Of a DNA stretch of 64,000 nucleotides, positions 27,544-41,890 are shown piece by piece. Numbering within the stretch: position 1 is the stretch's first letter; every line of letters starts with the position of its first letter. A program made the position numbers and the translations under genes. The notes beneath the pieces were generated by a model. The model was not told where the DNA came from and did not search any database. It was given only the letters and a program-made list of their open reading frames with translations. Source of the stretch: the human T2T-CHM13v2.0 reference genome, Homo sapiens; assembly GCF_009914755.1 (NCBI RefSeq), contig NC_060931.1; one strand, written 5' to 3'.

Positions 27544-30500
27544 TGCCTGTAATCCCAGGCAATCCCCAACAATGTGATTTTTAAATTGAGCAGTTGTTTC
27601 TACCTAAGGGTAAACTTCTCAACCAAAAATGGATGTACTTACCATACATCACATCTGTCTGTCCTTTTGCTGGAAATACAGTAAGAGTGTTTTTGACCCA
27701 AGACTGCTGAATACATTTTTGAAAGGTTAACAAAGCATCTTTTCTAGATATAAAAGATTAAAGCAGTGTGAGGGTAATTATTATATTGGCCTTGCAATCT
27801 CCAGATATAATTATCACACAGAATATTTAAAATCTTATTTTGATACATTGTCAGCAGCAGAAATTGAAAACACACTTAATTAGAAAATTTGAACACATAC
27901 AAAAAGTTGAATTTCTAAAATGAGATAAAATAAGTCAGTTTTAATTTTTCTTTTTTGCTCAAGCTGATCTGAAAATAAAAAGAAGAAATGAAAGAAATAC
28001 TAGCACATCACCCCAAGAAGCTTCCTTCCCATTTTTGAAAGCAGAAGCTCCCCACCAATTGCAACTGATGAGGCAAAAGATGTGAATAGGAAGAGGGAAT
28101 TTAATTCCACTTGATTGTATTCAACTCAACAATAGACACTCTTTAGGTATTGGAATGCACGTGTTGGAAATATCATCAAAAAGAGCTAACATTAAGGATT
28201 TGGCATTTCTTGGGGGAAATTTTAGAAATTAGCGGATTGTCAAGGGAAAAGCTAAGTTCAGCAACCAATGAGCCAAAAACTGAACTGGCCAATGGTGAGG
28301 GGAAGAGAGACAGCACAGGCTCTTTGATAAGTTGTGCGGGGCGACAGTCCAGGAGTCAGCAAGGTGATCCTGCTGTGAGTTTTTCCACACCCATTTATCT
28401 GTGCATCTGACATTGTGTTTCATTCTCAAACGTGGTGCTGTGTGCATGAAAGACACAGGGAAAGAAGGGAGGGAGGAAAGGAAGATGACGATTTAAGATG
28501 CTTCCAGAAGTTGAGAAAAACCTTTGCTTCCACATAATTGGGGATTGATGTGAAACAGTGAAGAGGTTCTAACTGTTAGCATGATATGGAGAAGCCAGCA
28601 AAATACACCTCCAGAACACTAATGTTCAATAAAATACTCACGTGCCTCACTCCTCCCACCTGAGACCTGGCCCCAGTACAGCCTCAAAAATCACATTTCT
28701 CCTTAATATGCAATGTCCACACTAAAGTTACTGATGTGGCCTTATCAGTGGCACCATTTTCGTGTCACATTTGCTGCTTGATTAGCCAGCTGATGAACCA
28801 GAAAATTTATCATATTCTTATATTAGATTCATTTCTCACCATCCATTTTTTTTGTCCACAATGTCACTTATTCTATAATAAATTCTGCATGACAATTAGT
28901 ATTATAGTTTTGTCCAGAATTTGACTTCCTTCACATTTGTAAAGCACTTTATTTGTAAGACTCATGAGGAAAATTGTCATAGTCTGAATAAAAACAAAAC
29001 CAAATGCATGCATTATAACCATTTGCTTACAATTAGGTTATTTTGAAATTAAAAAAAATAAAATTTCAGACTTTCCCTCCTTTTCTTTCTTCTTTTCTAC
29101 TTGCTACCACAGGGTTAGTAGCAGATGTGTCATCTAGAGTCACCAACAGCTGCACTGAATTGACAGGGGCCTTGGGGGGAGACCTTGGGTAAATCCATTG
29201 CAATCTCTACCATACCTGGCTCACTGGTAAAATGGGCCCAAACCTCATCCACTGCATGGGAATTAACTCTAACCGGTAGCCTCAGTGAAAGTACAGCAAA
29301 CGGAGCTTGGCACAAAGCAGGCCCTTGATAAACTTCTCATAGATTTTCTTAAACAAGCCACTTACAGAAGGAATGATTTCCCTGATCCCGGGCAATGCTG
29401 GCCTGGACAGAGTGCCGATACACTGGCAGCCTCATATATATTTAATAAATACCCACCAACGAGTGATAACAAAGCAAAAGCAACCACCAAAATGTGCCCA
29501 GAAAGGACTTAGTATTGTGTCTGAAAGTGGCCCCTGCAAGGGTGATGAACAGTAATGACTGCCGTCACTCAGATGACTTTGTCCTGTTTGGAGCATCTTT
29601 CTACTCTAGTATTTCATTGCAATTGATGGGCTTCCTTGTCGTGCTCCAAGCATTCAGGGTAAACACAGCTCGTGGGACACTTCAAGTCTTGGGGCTGAGA
29701 AATGTGTGTTTCCACTTGCCTGCAGGGCCTGCGAGAGAGACAGCTTGACACAGGAATCCTTTGGCTTCTCACTGCCCCTGCTGACCCAGCCCTGATAAAT
29801 AAGCCAGCTAATTGAATTAATAAACAACTCTTTTTTTTTTAACAGCCAGCTGGAGTGCAATCAAAATGTGTGATAAATTATCTGTCACTGCTTTAACCAC
29901 AGCAGGGGGAAAGTGGAAAAATTAGCCACTCTAACCCTTTCTCGGGGCTCCCTCCCTCCTGCTCATTTTGCTTAGCTATAGGATTTTTTTTTCCCCCTCC
30001 TGGTCTTCTCACTCTGGCTGAGGTCCAACATAGAGTTGAAGTGAGTGGAGAAACGTATCTGGCTGCCCTGATGATGGATCCTTAAGCCCCAGCACGGCAG
30101 TGGGATGCAGAAATTTCGCGCCAGTGTGTGGGAAAGCAAGATTTGTCTGCTACCCTGGCAGGAAAGGTTCGGATATGAGCCTGTGGTTTAAGCCCACAGG
30201 ATTCTTGTTAAGGGATGGGGGTGTGATGTGGTTGATGAGCGAAACGAAGGGTTATGATGTCTGCTTTCTCTCGCTCAGCCTCTAATGCCAAACAGCTTTT
30301 GGGCCTTTCTGGAATGAGTGCAAAGGCCTCACCAGAGTTGTGGGGAATCGAAGCGGCTGCTTGATGCACTGTTTGCTTTTCACCCTGTTTTGCACCTTAG
30401 CAACCTTCTTCAATTTCTCTCTCCACCCTCTTTTCTGTGTATCCTAGGGCCTCATTTCAAGTCACGATTGTTAAAGGTATTGATTTTTACAAGCCATTCT

Positions 30501-31737
30501 TCAGCATTGTTCGTCAGAATCATGCAACCTATTAATAGTCCTGTACAATTTAAGGAGGCTTTTCTTTATTCATTTTTCTGATGATCTCCAGTGCAGTTTC
30601 TCCAAGTTGGAAAAATAAACAGTCACCATCAGGCTAAATTCATGTGTAGACATCATTAGGCTTTTCTGTGTCAACTCACTCTGTGGTGTGGAGACCTCCC
30701 AGGGTTCACCGGGGTTGGGAAGCATCTGGGTCGTATGTCCCAGTTTAACACCATAATTCTCTCAGAGGTGCTTGCGTTATAGGATGTCGCCTTGTGTAAT
30801 AATATACAAATCATCTGCATGGAACGGCCCAGAACTGGCAAGAGATGTAGGTTGCGTGAATGCAGGGTTCTCGATTTGTTTGATTCATGGGCTTCTAAAC
30901 ACACTTCGAAGGAGCTCTTCTCCAGAGCATAGGCTCTTCACTGCCTGTATGGAGCAGAACTTTTCATCCACTGCCCTGAAATGGGATAAAGCGATGGTTG
31001 TTCTTTTTGTTTTTTCCAGGAAAACAGAGCTCTGGGAAAACGTCATGTCATTGCTAAAGTCAGACCTTGACCACTATCAGGCAAAACTTGAGACCACACT
31101 CCTTGTTAATGTTTGATTATATTCTTATACTAGAATGTTTACTGCAGGGTTTTGTGCTTTCATTGGCATTTTCAGTCCTGGCTGTGCTAGGCCCCTCTGC
31201 AGATCCAGGGCTTCTTAATGGGGTGGGAGTGGGTCAGTGGAGAGAGGAATTAAAGTAATTCTGAACCAACAATGTGAAGTATTGTGCTTGTGAAGCTCCA
31301 GGACATTCACACCTCTGTGGAACTGTAAATGCCTGCCCTGAAGAATGCACTTGAACTCCACGGGATAGAATCCAAAAATTCCAATAAGGATCCTGTTTAA
31401 AGGGTCATATGGAAACCTCTGAGCAGACTTCTACATTATATCTAGAACGTGGTCACGTGTCATCGTGCCTCCTTCCTCCCCTTACCCCCATGCAGCAGAT
31501 CCAATGGCATCAGGGGAACAGATGATGATAGTTTCAAGAAAACTAGTGATAGTGTCAGAGGCTGAAAGAAGATACAGCCAACTTGTACTCAGTTTCATGG
31601 CTGCCCATTTTACAGGCCTTTCTCCCCACCTTTTCAAAGAAAATGAGTAGCATAAAACAGAAAATTAAAACTTAAAGTTGGCTTTGATGTGCCCTGGATG
31701 ATCTAAGTAGAGAAAAGAAGGGAAGTTACCTAGATAC

Positions 31738-32036
31738 TTTATTTATTTATTTAGAGATGGAGTCTCGCTCTGTTACCCAGGCTGGAGCGCAGTGACACAA
31801 TCTCGGGTTACTGCAACCTCCGCCCCCTAGGTTCAAGCAATTCTCCTGCCTCAGCCTCCCAAGTAGCTCAGATTACAGTCATGCACCACCACACCTGGCT
31901 GATTTTTTGGTATTTTTAGTAAAGATGGATTTTGCCATGTTGGCCAGGCTGGTCTCAAACTCCTGACCTCAGGTGATTCACCCACCTCAGCCTCTCAAAG
32001 TGCTGGGATTACAGGTGTGAGCCACTGCGCCAGGCC
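31738..32036 (-). mobile_element. AluSx-like
   Basis: Antisense dimer with (TTTA)n tail. TSD TACCTAG(A/G)TACTTTA. Confidence 0.92.
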
Positions 32037-33055
32037 TATGGCCTACCTAGGTACTTTAATTTGAATATTTCCAGGCCCCTCTCTTGAAATTCTTTATAGA
32101 TAAAAGATAGGGTGGGGATGGGAGGCAAGTCCTCCTCCCGACTCTTATTGACTAAGAAAATGTTGAGTCTGTCTTCTAAAAAGGTTTATGTGAGTGTTAT
32201 TGGAATCTCTGGATTTTGGTTGATTGTTTGAAAATTGAAGTATTAAAGCCACTACCTAACTCAGGGCCCACTATCATTGTTTTCCTGTGAACAAGTGGAG
32301 TCTGCGCCTCTTCTCCCACCCCACCAGCCAAAGTCCATGTGCAAATCTACTGAGTCACTGACAAGAGAATGTCAGGGCTAAAGCTTTTTATGTAATTGCT
32401 TTTGGAGAACTTCGTAGGGTTGGAATTATTTGACAGATAACAGAATATAGTGTAAAAACCATGTTAGGAAGCCAGCAGAAGAAAGCTGAGAGAAGTTCCC
32501 CAGCTGCCATTGGCCAGGGAGAATTTAGCGACGGCCTGGATAACACTCCTGAGGTCTAGGGTCCGCCCATACCTGCTGTGCAAATGAGAAGGTTGGCAGA
32601 TCCTACCTGGACAGCACCTGTCCCCAGCTGAGAAGAGACATCTGCCTGTGGGTTTAACTAACTCTGCCCCTCCCCATGTGGCCCAGTGGCTGACACTGTC
32701 TCTGTGGCTCCTGAAAAGAAGTGGCCCAGCCTCAAAACACATTGACTCAATGCCACAGAAATTACATAGCACATGGGCTGTTAGCACTTTCATACTTCCT
32801 CCTTGTTTCTTATTTAGTATTCTAGATGCAGCTGAGTGCCAGACTAGTCCCTAGGGCAGCAGAGAAAGCCTGGACTGGCAGTCAGGAGGCATGGGTTCTA
32901 ATATACCTTCAACTTTAAACTTGTCATGTGTCACAGTGGCTTTTAATCTCACTGGCTCTCAGTTTTCTAATCTGTGAAATGAAGTATTCTTGGGCCAGGT
33001 GGGCTCCACATCTCTTTCAGTTATTAGATCCTATGGTTATAGAAAACTAGATTCT

Positions 33056-33342
33056 CTTTTGTCGTTGTTTTTTGAGACAAGGTTTTGCTCTGTTGCCGAG
33101 GCTAAAGCGCAGGCTGCACTGCAGCCTCGACCTCCCTGGATCAAGCCATCCTCCCACGTCAGCTTCCTGAGTAGCTTGGACTACAGGCATGTACCACCAC
33201 ACCTGGCTAATGTCTGTATTTTTTATAGAGACAGGGTTTGCCTTGTTGCCTCGGCTGGTCTCAAACTCCTAGGCTCAAGCAATCTTCGCACCTTGGCCTT
33301 CCAAAGTGCTGGGATTACAGGCATGAACCACCACGCCTAGCC
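33056..33342 (-). mobile_element. AluJ
   Basis: Antisense dimer. TSD GAAAACTAGATTCT. Confidence 0.9.
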
Positions 33343-33591
33343 TGAAAACTAGATTCTTAACTCTGCTATCATCATTGCCATTCTTGAACCACAGAGTGCT
33401 TTAATGAGCTTCATTAAGTACAGAGAGGATATGTCACAAAGACATTTTGTTATTTAGCTGAATTTTGATACCAGTCAATTTTAATACCACATGATAGTGG
33501 TCCTGTGGTGTCTCCTTCAAAGTAATAAAATAAGTAACATTGATAAATGTCATTTAGTCATGGTTTAGTTAACCTGGCTGTCAGGTTAAGG

Positions 33592-33829
33592 CAAGGTTTC
33601 TCAGCTGTGGCATTATTGACATTCTGGGCTGGATAATTATTTGCTGTGGGGCGAGGGGGCTGGTAGTCTGTCCGGTACATTGTAGAATGTTGTTTAGCAG
33701 TGTCCCTACCCACTAGATGCCAGTATCACAGCACCCTCCTCCTCCCCCAAGTTGTGACAATCAAAAGTGTCTCCAGATGTTGCCAAATGTCACCCAAAGG
33801 GAAAAACTGCCCTCAGTTGAGAACAACTA
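33592..33829 (-). mobile_element. MER20 (hAT-Charlie)
   Basis: GGCATTATTGACATT...TGTCTCCAGATGTTGCCAAATGTC...GTTGAGAAC. hAT-like 8-bp TSD GGTTAAG(G/C). Confidence 0.85.
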
Positions 33830-35902
33830 GGTTAAGCCATGACCAGGTTAGGCCAGGGTTAACTACATAGATTTGATTTGTTACCAACTGAAAACACTAG
33901 TTAGCCCCAGAGCAATAGCACCATCTATTTAATTCAAGTTAGAACAATCTAACCTCATTCTAAAATCTCAACAGAAACAATCCCTTTAATCTATCATGTT
34001 ACAGTGCATCGCAGGCAATGGAATCTACTGCATTTTGAGTCTTTTGGAAATAGGCAGTATCATCTTTGTCTTGGTATTCTTACCGTGCACAAAGTAAACG
34101 CTTAGCAAATTATTGAAAGAATAAACAACTTGCTCCAAAACACCAGAGAAGTGCAGAATGAGGAGCTGCCATGCTCAGGCAGTCATTCTGCATGATTCTT
34201 ATTCTACAGGAGGAAATGAAGCAAGTGTTTGCCAGTTGGAAGGGTAGAAGGAATCTTTGGGAGGGAGGCTGCCATTACCCTAGCTGAAGTGAAGCCAGGT
34301 TAAAACCCTCTTCTGGTTTAAAAAAAAAAAAAAAGCCATGGAACATTTAATGACGAGCCTCAGTACATCACAGCCCACGCTGTACATCACCCAGGCTCCC
34401 TAGAGGGAAATAAGAGTAAAAGATTCAGTTGCTTTACGTCTTCTGTATTCCTACATTGACGTATATTTTGGTGGCATGGGACTGTGGAATCTCAGATGTG
34501 CATCTGCCATGTTAATCTCCCTAACATGGGAGTCCTACTGGTTTTTCTGATGTGCCTGAAGAGTAAGACTTTAAGTTGCATTTGAAATGTTTCACTCAGT
34601 TGTCCTGACAAGATAATTTTCTCAGAATACACAGAAACCACCTGTATTTGTCACTATAGATGCTAGTACTGCATTGAGTTTGTTTTCATGCTTGTTGTTT
34701 TATAGGTATTATATGAATCACTGAATGCAAGCATTAGGTCTGATTCATGAGGTTCGTGGATTTCATCTGATATTATTTTGTAATCATTAAGTTCCGAAAT
34801 GAACAAAGTTGATTTACTGTGAGAGTGTTCGCCTCTTAGCTGGGTATTTGTCATTTAGGAGGAAATCCACCAGACTAGTGCTGCACCGTATCTTTCAGTC
34901 CCCTCTCCCCATCCTCACTGGGGATGTCTTAGTTTCAAAATAGGTCTCCCCAAGAGGTCCATTTATTGAGTTTGAATGGCAAGTGCTTTGGAAACACCCT
35001 GCCTTATCAGCACTCTATAAAATGTTCTCGGTTATAGCATCCTTTTGATAATATAGTTAATTAACAACTGATGTTACAGAGATTTTAATTGTGAGATCAA
35101 AATTAAGCAAAGAGCAATGGAATAGAAAGAGCACATTTGTAGGGCTTACCATCTCTGCACATGAAACCAAGGCTCAAAATTAGGATTCAAAGAGAAGTGT
35201 AACTGTTATTTCAGAAGGTGGATTCATACAGCAATGAGTATCAGTTTCATCAGCATGGGTCATGAATACACATTCCTAGAGTCCCAGATTTCTATCTAGT
35301 GATACATACTCTATCCTTAAATTAAAAAAAACAAAAATAGATCAAAATTTTAAAACCTGGGGTGAGAGAAGAAAGAGACTTAAGAGAATGAGAATATGCC
35401 TCTGTTTCCATTTACTTTCCCTCTGTCTGTGTCTGTCCAATCTTCCACCCCAAGAACACCAAGGAAATCAATGTTGTAGACCCAGATTGAATTTAAGATT
35501 TTTGAATGGAAGGAATGAAAGCACTTAGGTGCATTTTCTCTTGTTGGAAACTGATTTTAAAACTTTTTATTACTTACGTTTAGGGAAACATTTGGGGTTG
35601 GTTGCAGAAGGGTATAATATTTATTTATTTCTTTGTTTACAAATTGAATTTTAGTGCATATCCCTCCTTCTTCCAGGAAGGATTTTAAGCTTCTAAATAA
35701 TACAAATCAATTCAGTTCATTTAAAAAATAGTCCTACTCATAGCAAATGTTATCCAACCATAATAAATTGAATATTTGGCTATTGACAGTTGCCCTCCTT
35801 GGCAAAGCATGCAATATGTGGTGTCTCACCAAGGAAGCTCAGTGATGATCTACTTCCCGTAGTGAATGGGCTTTGGAACGAAATCAAAGGATACATTTTA
35901 GC

Positions 35903-35904
35903 AG

Positions 35905-35956
<52 letters not shown>

Positions 35957-36020
35957 GAGAGAGAAAGAAAGAAAGAAAGAGAAGGAAAAAGAAAGAAAAA
36001 TAAAGAAAGAAAGGGAAAAA
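35903..36020. repeat. (GA)n/(GAAA)n polypurine tract
   Basis: About 118 nt of almost only purines. Confidence 0.95.
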
Positions 36021-37511
36021 CTAGCAGGCACTGAATCAGTACCAAGAAAAACAATCCCTCCTCTACTTTGAAAAAGATTCACATTCAGATGGGCTTGGTC
36101 CCATCAGTTAGTCAGACCAGAACCAAGTGGTGAGCTCACTTATCGTGGACATGCTGAAGGAAACGTTTCAATCGAAACCCAGAGTAGCAACATCTGCCTA
36201 GCAGAAGCAGTCACTAAATGCAGAAGGCCCTTCCCCTGGTAAGTTGAGCTTCACCTTTGTGAGCTCTCCAGACACAAATATGCTCCTTAAGCATGATGCT
36301 GTTCGTATTAAGTCAGGCTGGTTGGAATATGTCACAGAAATGGGAGAACTACCCACTGCTAGACCTGCCATCACCATTTCCACTTGGCTTAGTGGTTGAC
36401 ACATTTGGTTAACCATTTTGTTAGCCTCTGGTTAACCACTTATGGTTTGAAAACCTTACAGAAGTGGGAAAATTTCCATACACAATCTTATGCATATGAA
36501 AACAACCGTATAGGATACAATTCCTTCCTTATCTACCACATCAAATCCACACCAAATCTTGCTGGCATATGGTGAAAAGAAGAACCCACTTGATAATACC
36601 CCTTTGGTGATTAATTTATCTGGAAACTAGGGTGGAGTGGACAATTCTCCAAAAAAAGGAATTGAGCTTCTTTTGAGTTTGGAATACTTTGACTCAATCT
36701 TGTATTCACTTCTCTTTTGGAATGATTCTGCCTTATCATTATACATTTATAAATACCAGTGCCCTTGGATCATGTACGTTTTCTACCTTCAGCTAGAGCT
36801 GACTTGCTTTCTTTCTTGCTACTCTCGCGCATCTTCCTTCTTTCTCTCTGTCCTTGTTTCTCACCTTCCTTCTTGCCTTCCCCATCTTGCTCTTTATCAT
36901 CTACCATCTTTCTTTTAACCAAGAGGCTCTCCAGCTAAGTAGGTCACACCCACAAAGAAAAGCAGGAGGTTCAAATTCCTTCCCTTTACTGACTCCTAAG
37001 AGATCACTTAACATTTCTTCACAGGAATTTTCTATATCTCCAAAAGGTAGGGAATAATTTTTGTCGCCTATTTCATAGCTTAATATCTGCAAGGTACTGA
37101 TTTAGGGCAAGCTACTATATATTATTGTCAGTCCCTGGTGAGCAGTTGCTTAAAAGAAATTTGGAGTCAGAAAAGAAATTGCTTGAGCTGGAAAAGAAGA
37201 CAGATCATGAAAATGATATCTTAAGCTTGTAAGAAGATAAATTTTTAGAGATGCCATTTTCAATTAATAAATCAACCAGAAAGCTTTCTATTTGGCATTT
37301 TTAGAATGGTACTCAGTTGTGACAATGTGATTTAAGGAGATGGTTCCACACTTTCCTCCCACCACCCCCATTACTTGTGTTGTAGGCAGTAAAAAAGTAG
37401 ATTTAGATCTCTGGTTCATTGAATTGTACACCATAAAGACAATAGAAATGGAGACGTAAAAAGATAGCTTAGCAAGGGCCAGTGATTCTACCGTCAAAAA
37501 TGTGCCAAATA

Positions 37512-37888
<377 letters not shown>

Positions 37889-40800
37889 TCAATATTTTCT
37901 AATACCTGATTATTACTGAAATTTTAACAATGTAGTTGAGAACCAGTATGATTTGGATGCGTATCAGCTCAGAAGAAAGTTGCTCCTCATTTTTTGGTTG
38001 GAAATGCTGTGCACTGTCATCTTCTTGGGCATAATTCAAAAGCTCTTCTTAAGCGTAACTTTCTAGACACACACACGGCCAGATTCTTAATAGATTATGA
38101 ATGACTCTTCTTTAAATGCCTCGAATGTAGACATGCAGGGGAAAGAAGAAAAGATTCCGTATTTTTTATTCTGGCTTCCTTGAGCACAGCTTTCTTCTCC
38201 TTGGTGTGGCTTACCTGAAATACTGAAGATCATGCTGTTATCAGTGATGACTGGCCTTCATCCTGTGGCCCTCAGAGACTTCTACAGGTCTGGCTCAGGG
38301 AGACCAGGCAGTGGACAAATGGCATCATGGATTCTCAGTGTGCTCAGAGCCCAGGGGCTATTTACAAATGTGCTGTTTGGGTGGTCAGGTGACTGCTGGG
38401 TTGAGTGCCATATGACCCAGACCATTCACAGGCAGACCTCCTCTTTAGCAGGATGGTAGAACTGTCACAGCAAGTTGATTTGGCTATTGGTCCGATGACT
38501 TTGGACCACTAATAGCAAGCCAAAGGAAGTAAGGCAGGTGCTTAAGAATCAGAGAGTATTGCAATCCCTCTCTCTCTCTCACTTCCCCTAATCCCCACCA
38601 ACTCCTCCTCCCTCTGACCACTCCTCTCATATCGGTGGTGAGTACTGGGAGCCCCCACACTTTGAGGTCTCAGGCAGGGGTGAGATTCAGAGGCAACAGA
38701 TGGCAAGGAGGACCCAAATACACCATCACTATTTTCCCAAGGAGAAAAAGCAGGACTGGACACCCACAGAGCACATTAGACAGCCTCAGATATGGATACC
38801 AAGGGACAAGACAATCTAAACTTCCATACAGTCAACTTACCCTATCATTAGAAAAACCAGGAGACTTCTTACTAGAAAAAGTTTGAGGCCCTGTTGGCCA
38901 GAACACCGAATGTCTACGACAGAGGCCCAATGGTACACATCTTGCTATTTCCCAACAACTGGAGGGAAGCCAGATGACAGCTGTCTCGAGGGGTAGACAT
39001 GTGTTGGGAGAAGGTTCCATCTCCAGTCCCCTGAGGGCTTTTTAGTCAAACTTCCAGATTCCAAAGTTTAAGCATCAGTTATTGAGATGCCCTCTGGGAA
39101 TGGAGCAAAGGACAGTGTCCATCAAGCGAGCCGAGCACAGCCGCCCTCCCAAGGGCTTGGGGGAGGATCTGCTAGAGAGCTGGGTGATGTGGCAGCGACT
39201 GGCTGTCCCGCCCAAGCAGCACACTGCCAAATCCTGCACCTCCTGCAGCACACACTGCAAAAGGACTGTTGTCATGATGGTCACCAAGCACATACCCAAG
39301 GACTACTGTGCGTTGAAAAGGTGCCATTTGTGTAGCTAGAGTTGCTCTCTGTCCAGCTTGCTTGGGATTTGGGGATGTGTAGCATTGAAGAGAAATCACT
39401 ATTCATTGCACCCCTTTTTGCCAAATAATTAGGTCACTCACTCAGGAAAGGCCCTGTGATACATATGTGGAGTAAAGTTTGCTGTGGGAACTTGAACTCT
39501 GAATTTCCTGACTTCTGTGCAATTAAAATCCCAAAGTTAATGCTGCATTAGCATGGATTTTCCATGGTGGGTTATAAATGCAAAGTTCTATGTTTCATAT
39601 GTATTTTTCTAACATATGTTACTGCCTGTGTTTCTGATTAAAAGTTCATCCAAAATAAAATAACAAGGGATTACTTTTTTCCAATAGAACTTTCTTCTTC
39701 GATAAAAGCTGGAAATAAGCCCTTACCTAAAGTTACCCAGGTTTGCAGGTGCTGAGACTTTAGAGGTGAGTAGTGTTTGTTAGCAAGACAAAGGGCATTA
39801 TTCTCCCTGCAATCACCAACAGAAAGCGTTCTTTCTATAAAGAAAATTATAGGCCACTGCTTCAAAGACATTACATAGTTAGGCACTACTACTGGAGACT
39901 TTCAGGCAGCAGGCAGGCTGGCAATCAACAAATATTTATTCTACTTCCATTGTGCATTTAGTGACTTTAAAATTCCCAGGGAAACTAGCATATAATATTT
40001 TCTAGGGCCAAATTAGTACCTGAGGTCATGACATAATGCTTAAGGAGCTCGGCAGCCGGAAAGGAACAGCGGATCTCTAATATCTCACCTGAGTATGGGG
40101 ACATTGATGGAATAAGAAAATCAGACCCCCAAAAAGGCTTTTTAAAACTGAACTTGTCAGGGCATTTCTTCCCTTTCGAACTCCTTTAAGAGACACCCAG
40201 CCTTCATTCCCTACATGTGCATACCTGCACACACACACACACACACTCTGTCACCACCACCACTGTCTCTGCCCAGAAGTTGAACCCAACTAAATGGATC
40301 AATTCATCAGATTTTGTTAAAAAACTAATGAACACTTTTTAGAAATCATCAAACGTGCCAAGATGTATATATAGGGATGTTCGTCCCAGTGTTACAGAGG
40401 AAAAATAGAAATAGCATGCCTGCCCATCAATTCAGAATTGGGATACTCCCCTAGAGAAAAATCCAACACTATTAGATATGATGTTTAGATCTTTGGTGGG
40501 GGCAGGCAGGTGAGGGACCTGGACTTGTATGGCTCACATCATGGCCCTGCGGAGAACAGGACTCTCACTCTCTTGAGTTCTCTAATTTAGTTTTATTGAT
40601 ACAGCTGAAAAATCACATCAGCTGTTTTGATGTGTGCATTGCATAATGATGCTTTGCGAAGTCAAAATCCCCACACCCTTCTGTTACATATATGTTAGCC
40701 CCAAGCTATATCTCCTCTAAGCTGCTTTGGATAGTAGATGCTTTTTGTTTTGTTTTTGTTAAACCAAGCATAAGATGTTATTCTGATTCCTGCTCAATTT

Positions 40801-41179
40801 CTCATTAGACAAGATCTTTACGGATACTGATTCTTCATCTGGTGCGTTAAACACTCTCGACTAGCTTTGTATTATACACAGTTGATGGCTGTGACTTCTG
40901 CATTTTCTCTTTGGTTCTAAGCCAGCTGGTAGATAATAGAATTGTAAGAAAAGGAGGGTACCAGTATCTGGCAGAGGAGCCAAATTCTCTGAGAAAAATA
41001 CTAAAACCCTGGCATTGACTTTGGTCATTGTAGGGCAAATATCTTTTTGGTCTTCGTTGTTTCATAATACAGTGTTTCGCATAAGGTGGCATCATAATGA
41101 ATATTAGTAAGTCTCAGATGAAGTCAAGAGTTCTCTATCAGCCCGCTGTCAGAAGAAAAGACATTCTTCTTTTGCTTTC

Positions 41180-41890
41180 TTTTTTAAAATATTGTTTAAA
41201 TTGAGGTAGAATCCACATAAAATAAAATTAACTGTTTTTCTTTCTTTTTTTTTTTTTTTGAGACAGTATCTTGCTCTGTTGCCCAGGCTGGAGTGCAGTG
41301 GCATGATCTCGGCTCACTGCAACCTCCACCGCCCGGAATTCAAGCAATTCTCCTGCCTCAGCCTCCCAAGTAGCTGGGATTATGGGCGCTTGCCACCACA
41401 TTCCGCTAATTTTTATATTTTTAGTAGAGATGGGGTTTCACTATGTTGACCCGCTAGTCTCAACCTCCTGACCTCAAGTGATCTGCCTGCCTTTACCTCC
41501 CAAAGTGCTGGGATTACAGGTGTGAGGCACTGCACTCAGCCCAAATTAACCATTTTAAGGTGTGCATTTTAGTGCCATTTAGTACATTCGACGTGTTGTG
41601 CAACTATCATCTTTGTCTAGTTCCATAATATTTTCATTATCTCAAAAGGAAACCCTGGAACCATTAAGCAGTGACTTAATCCTCCCCTCAGCCTCCAGCA
41701 ATAAGTAATCTGGGTTTTTTGTCTCTATGATTTAAGTATTTCTAGATATTTTATGTAAATGTAATCATACAAAACATGACCTTTTGTGTCTGGCTTGTTT
41801 CATTTAGCATAATGCTTTTGGGATTCATCTATGTTGTAGAATATGTCCGTGTTTCATTCCTTTGTACGGACAAATAATATTCCATTGTGC
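41180..41890 (-). mobile_element. L1MB-type 3' end fragment (interrupted by the Alu)
   Basis: TTTAAATTGAGGTA...CATTTAGTACATTC...GTTGTGCAAC...AATAATATTCCATTGT. Confidence 0.8.
41235..41541 (-). mobile_element. AluS inserted into an antisense L1MB 3' end
   Basis: Antisense dimer. TSD of about AAATTAAC. Confidence 0.9.

Noticed and set aside
35780-36082. ORFs with (ER)n and (SL)n repeats
   Set aside because: These are translations of the (GA)n microsatellite.
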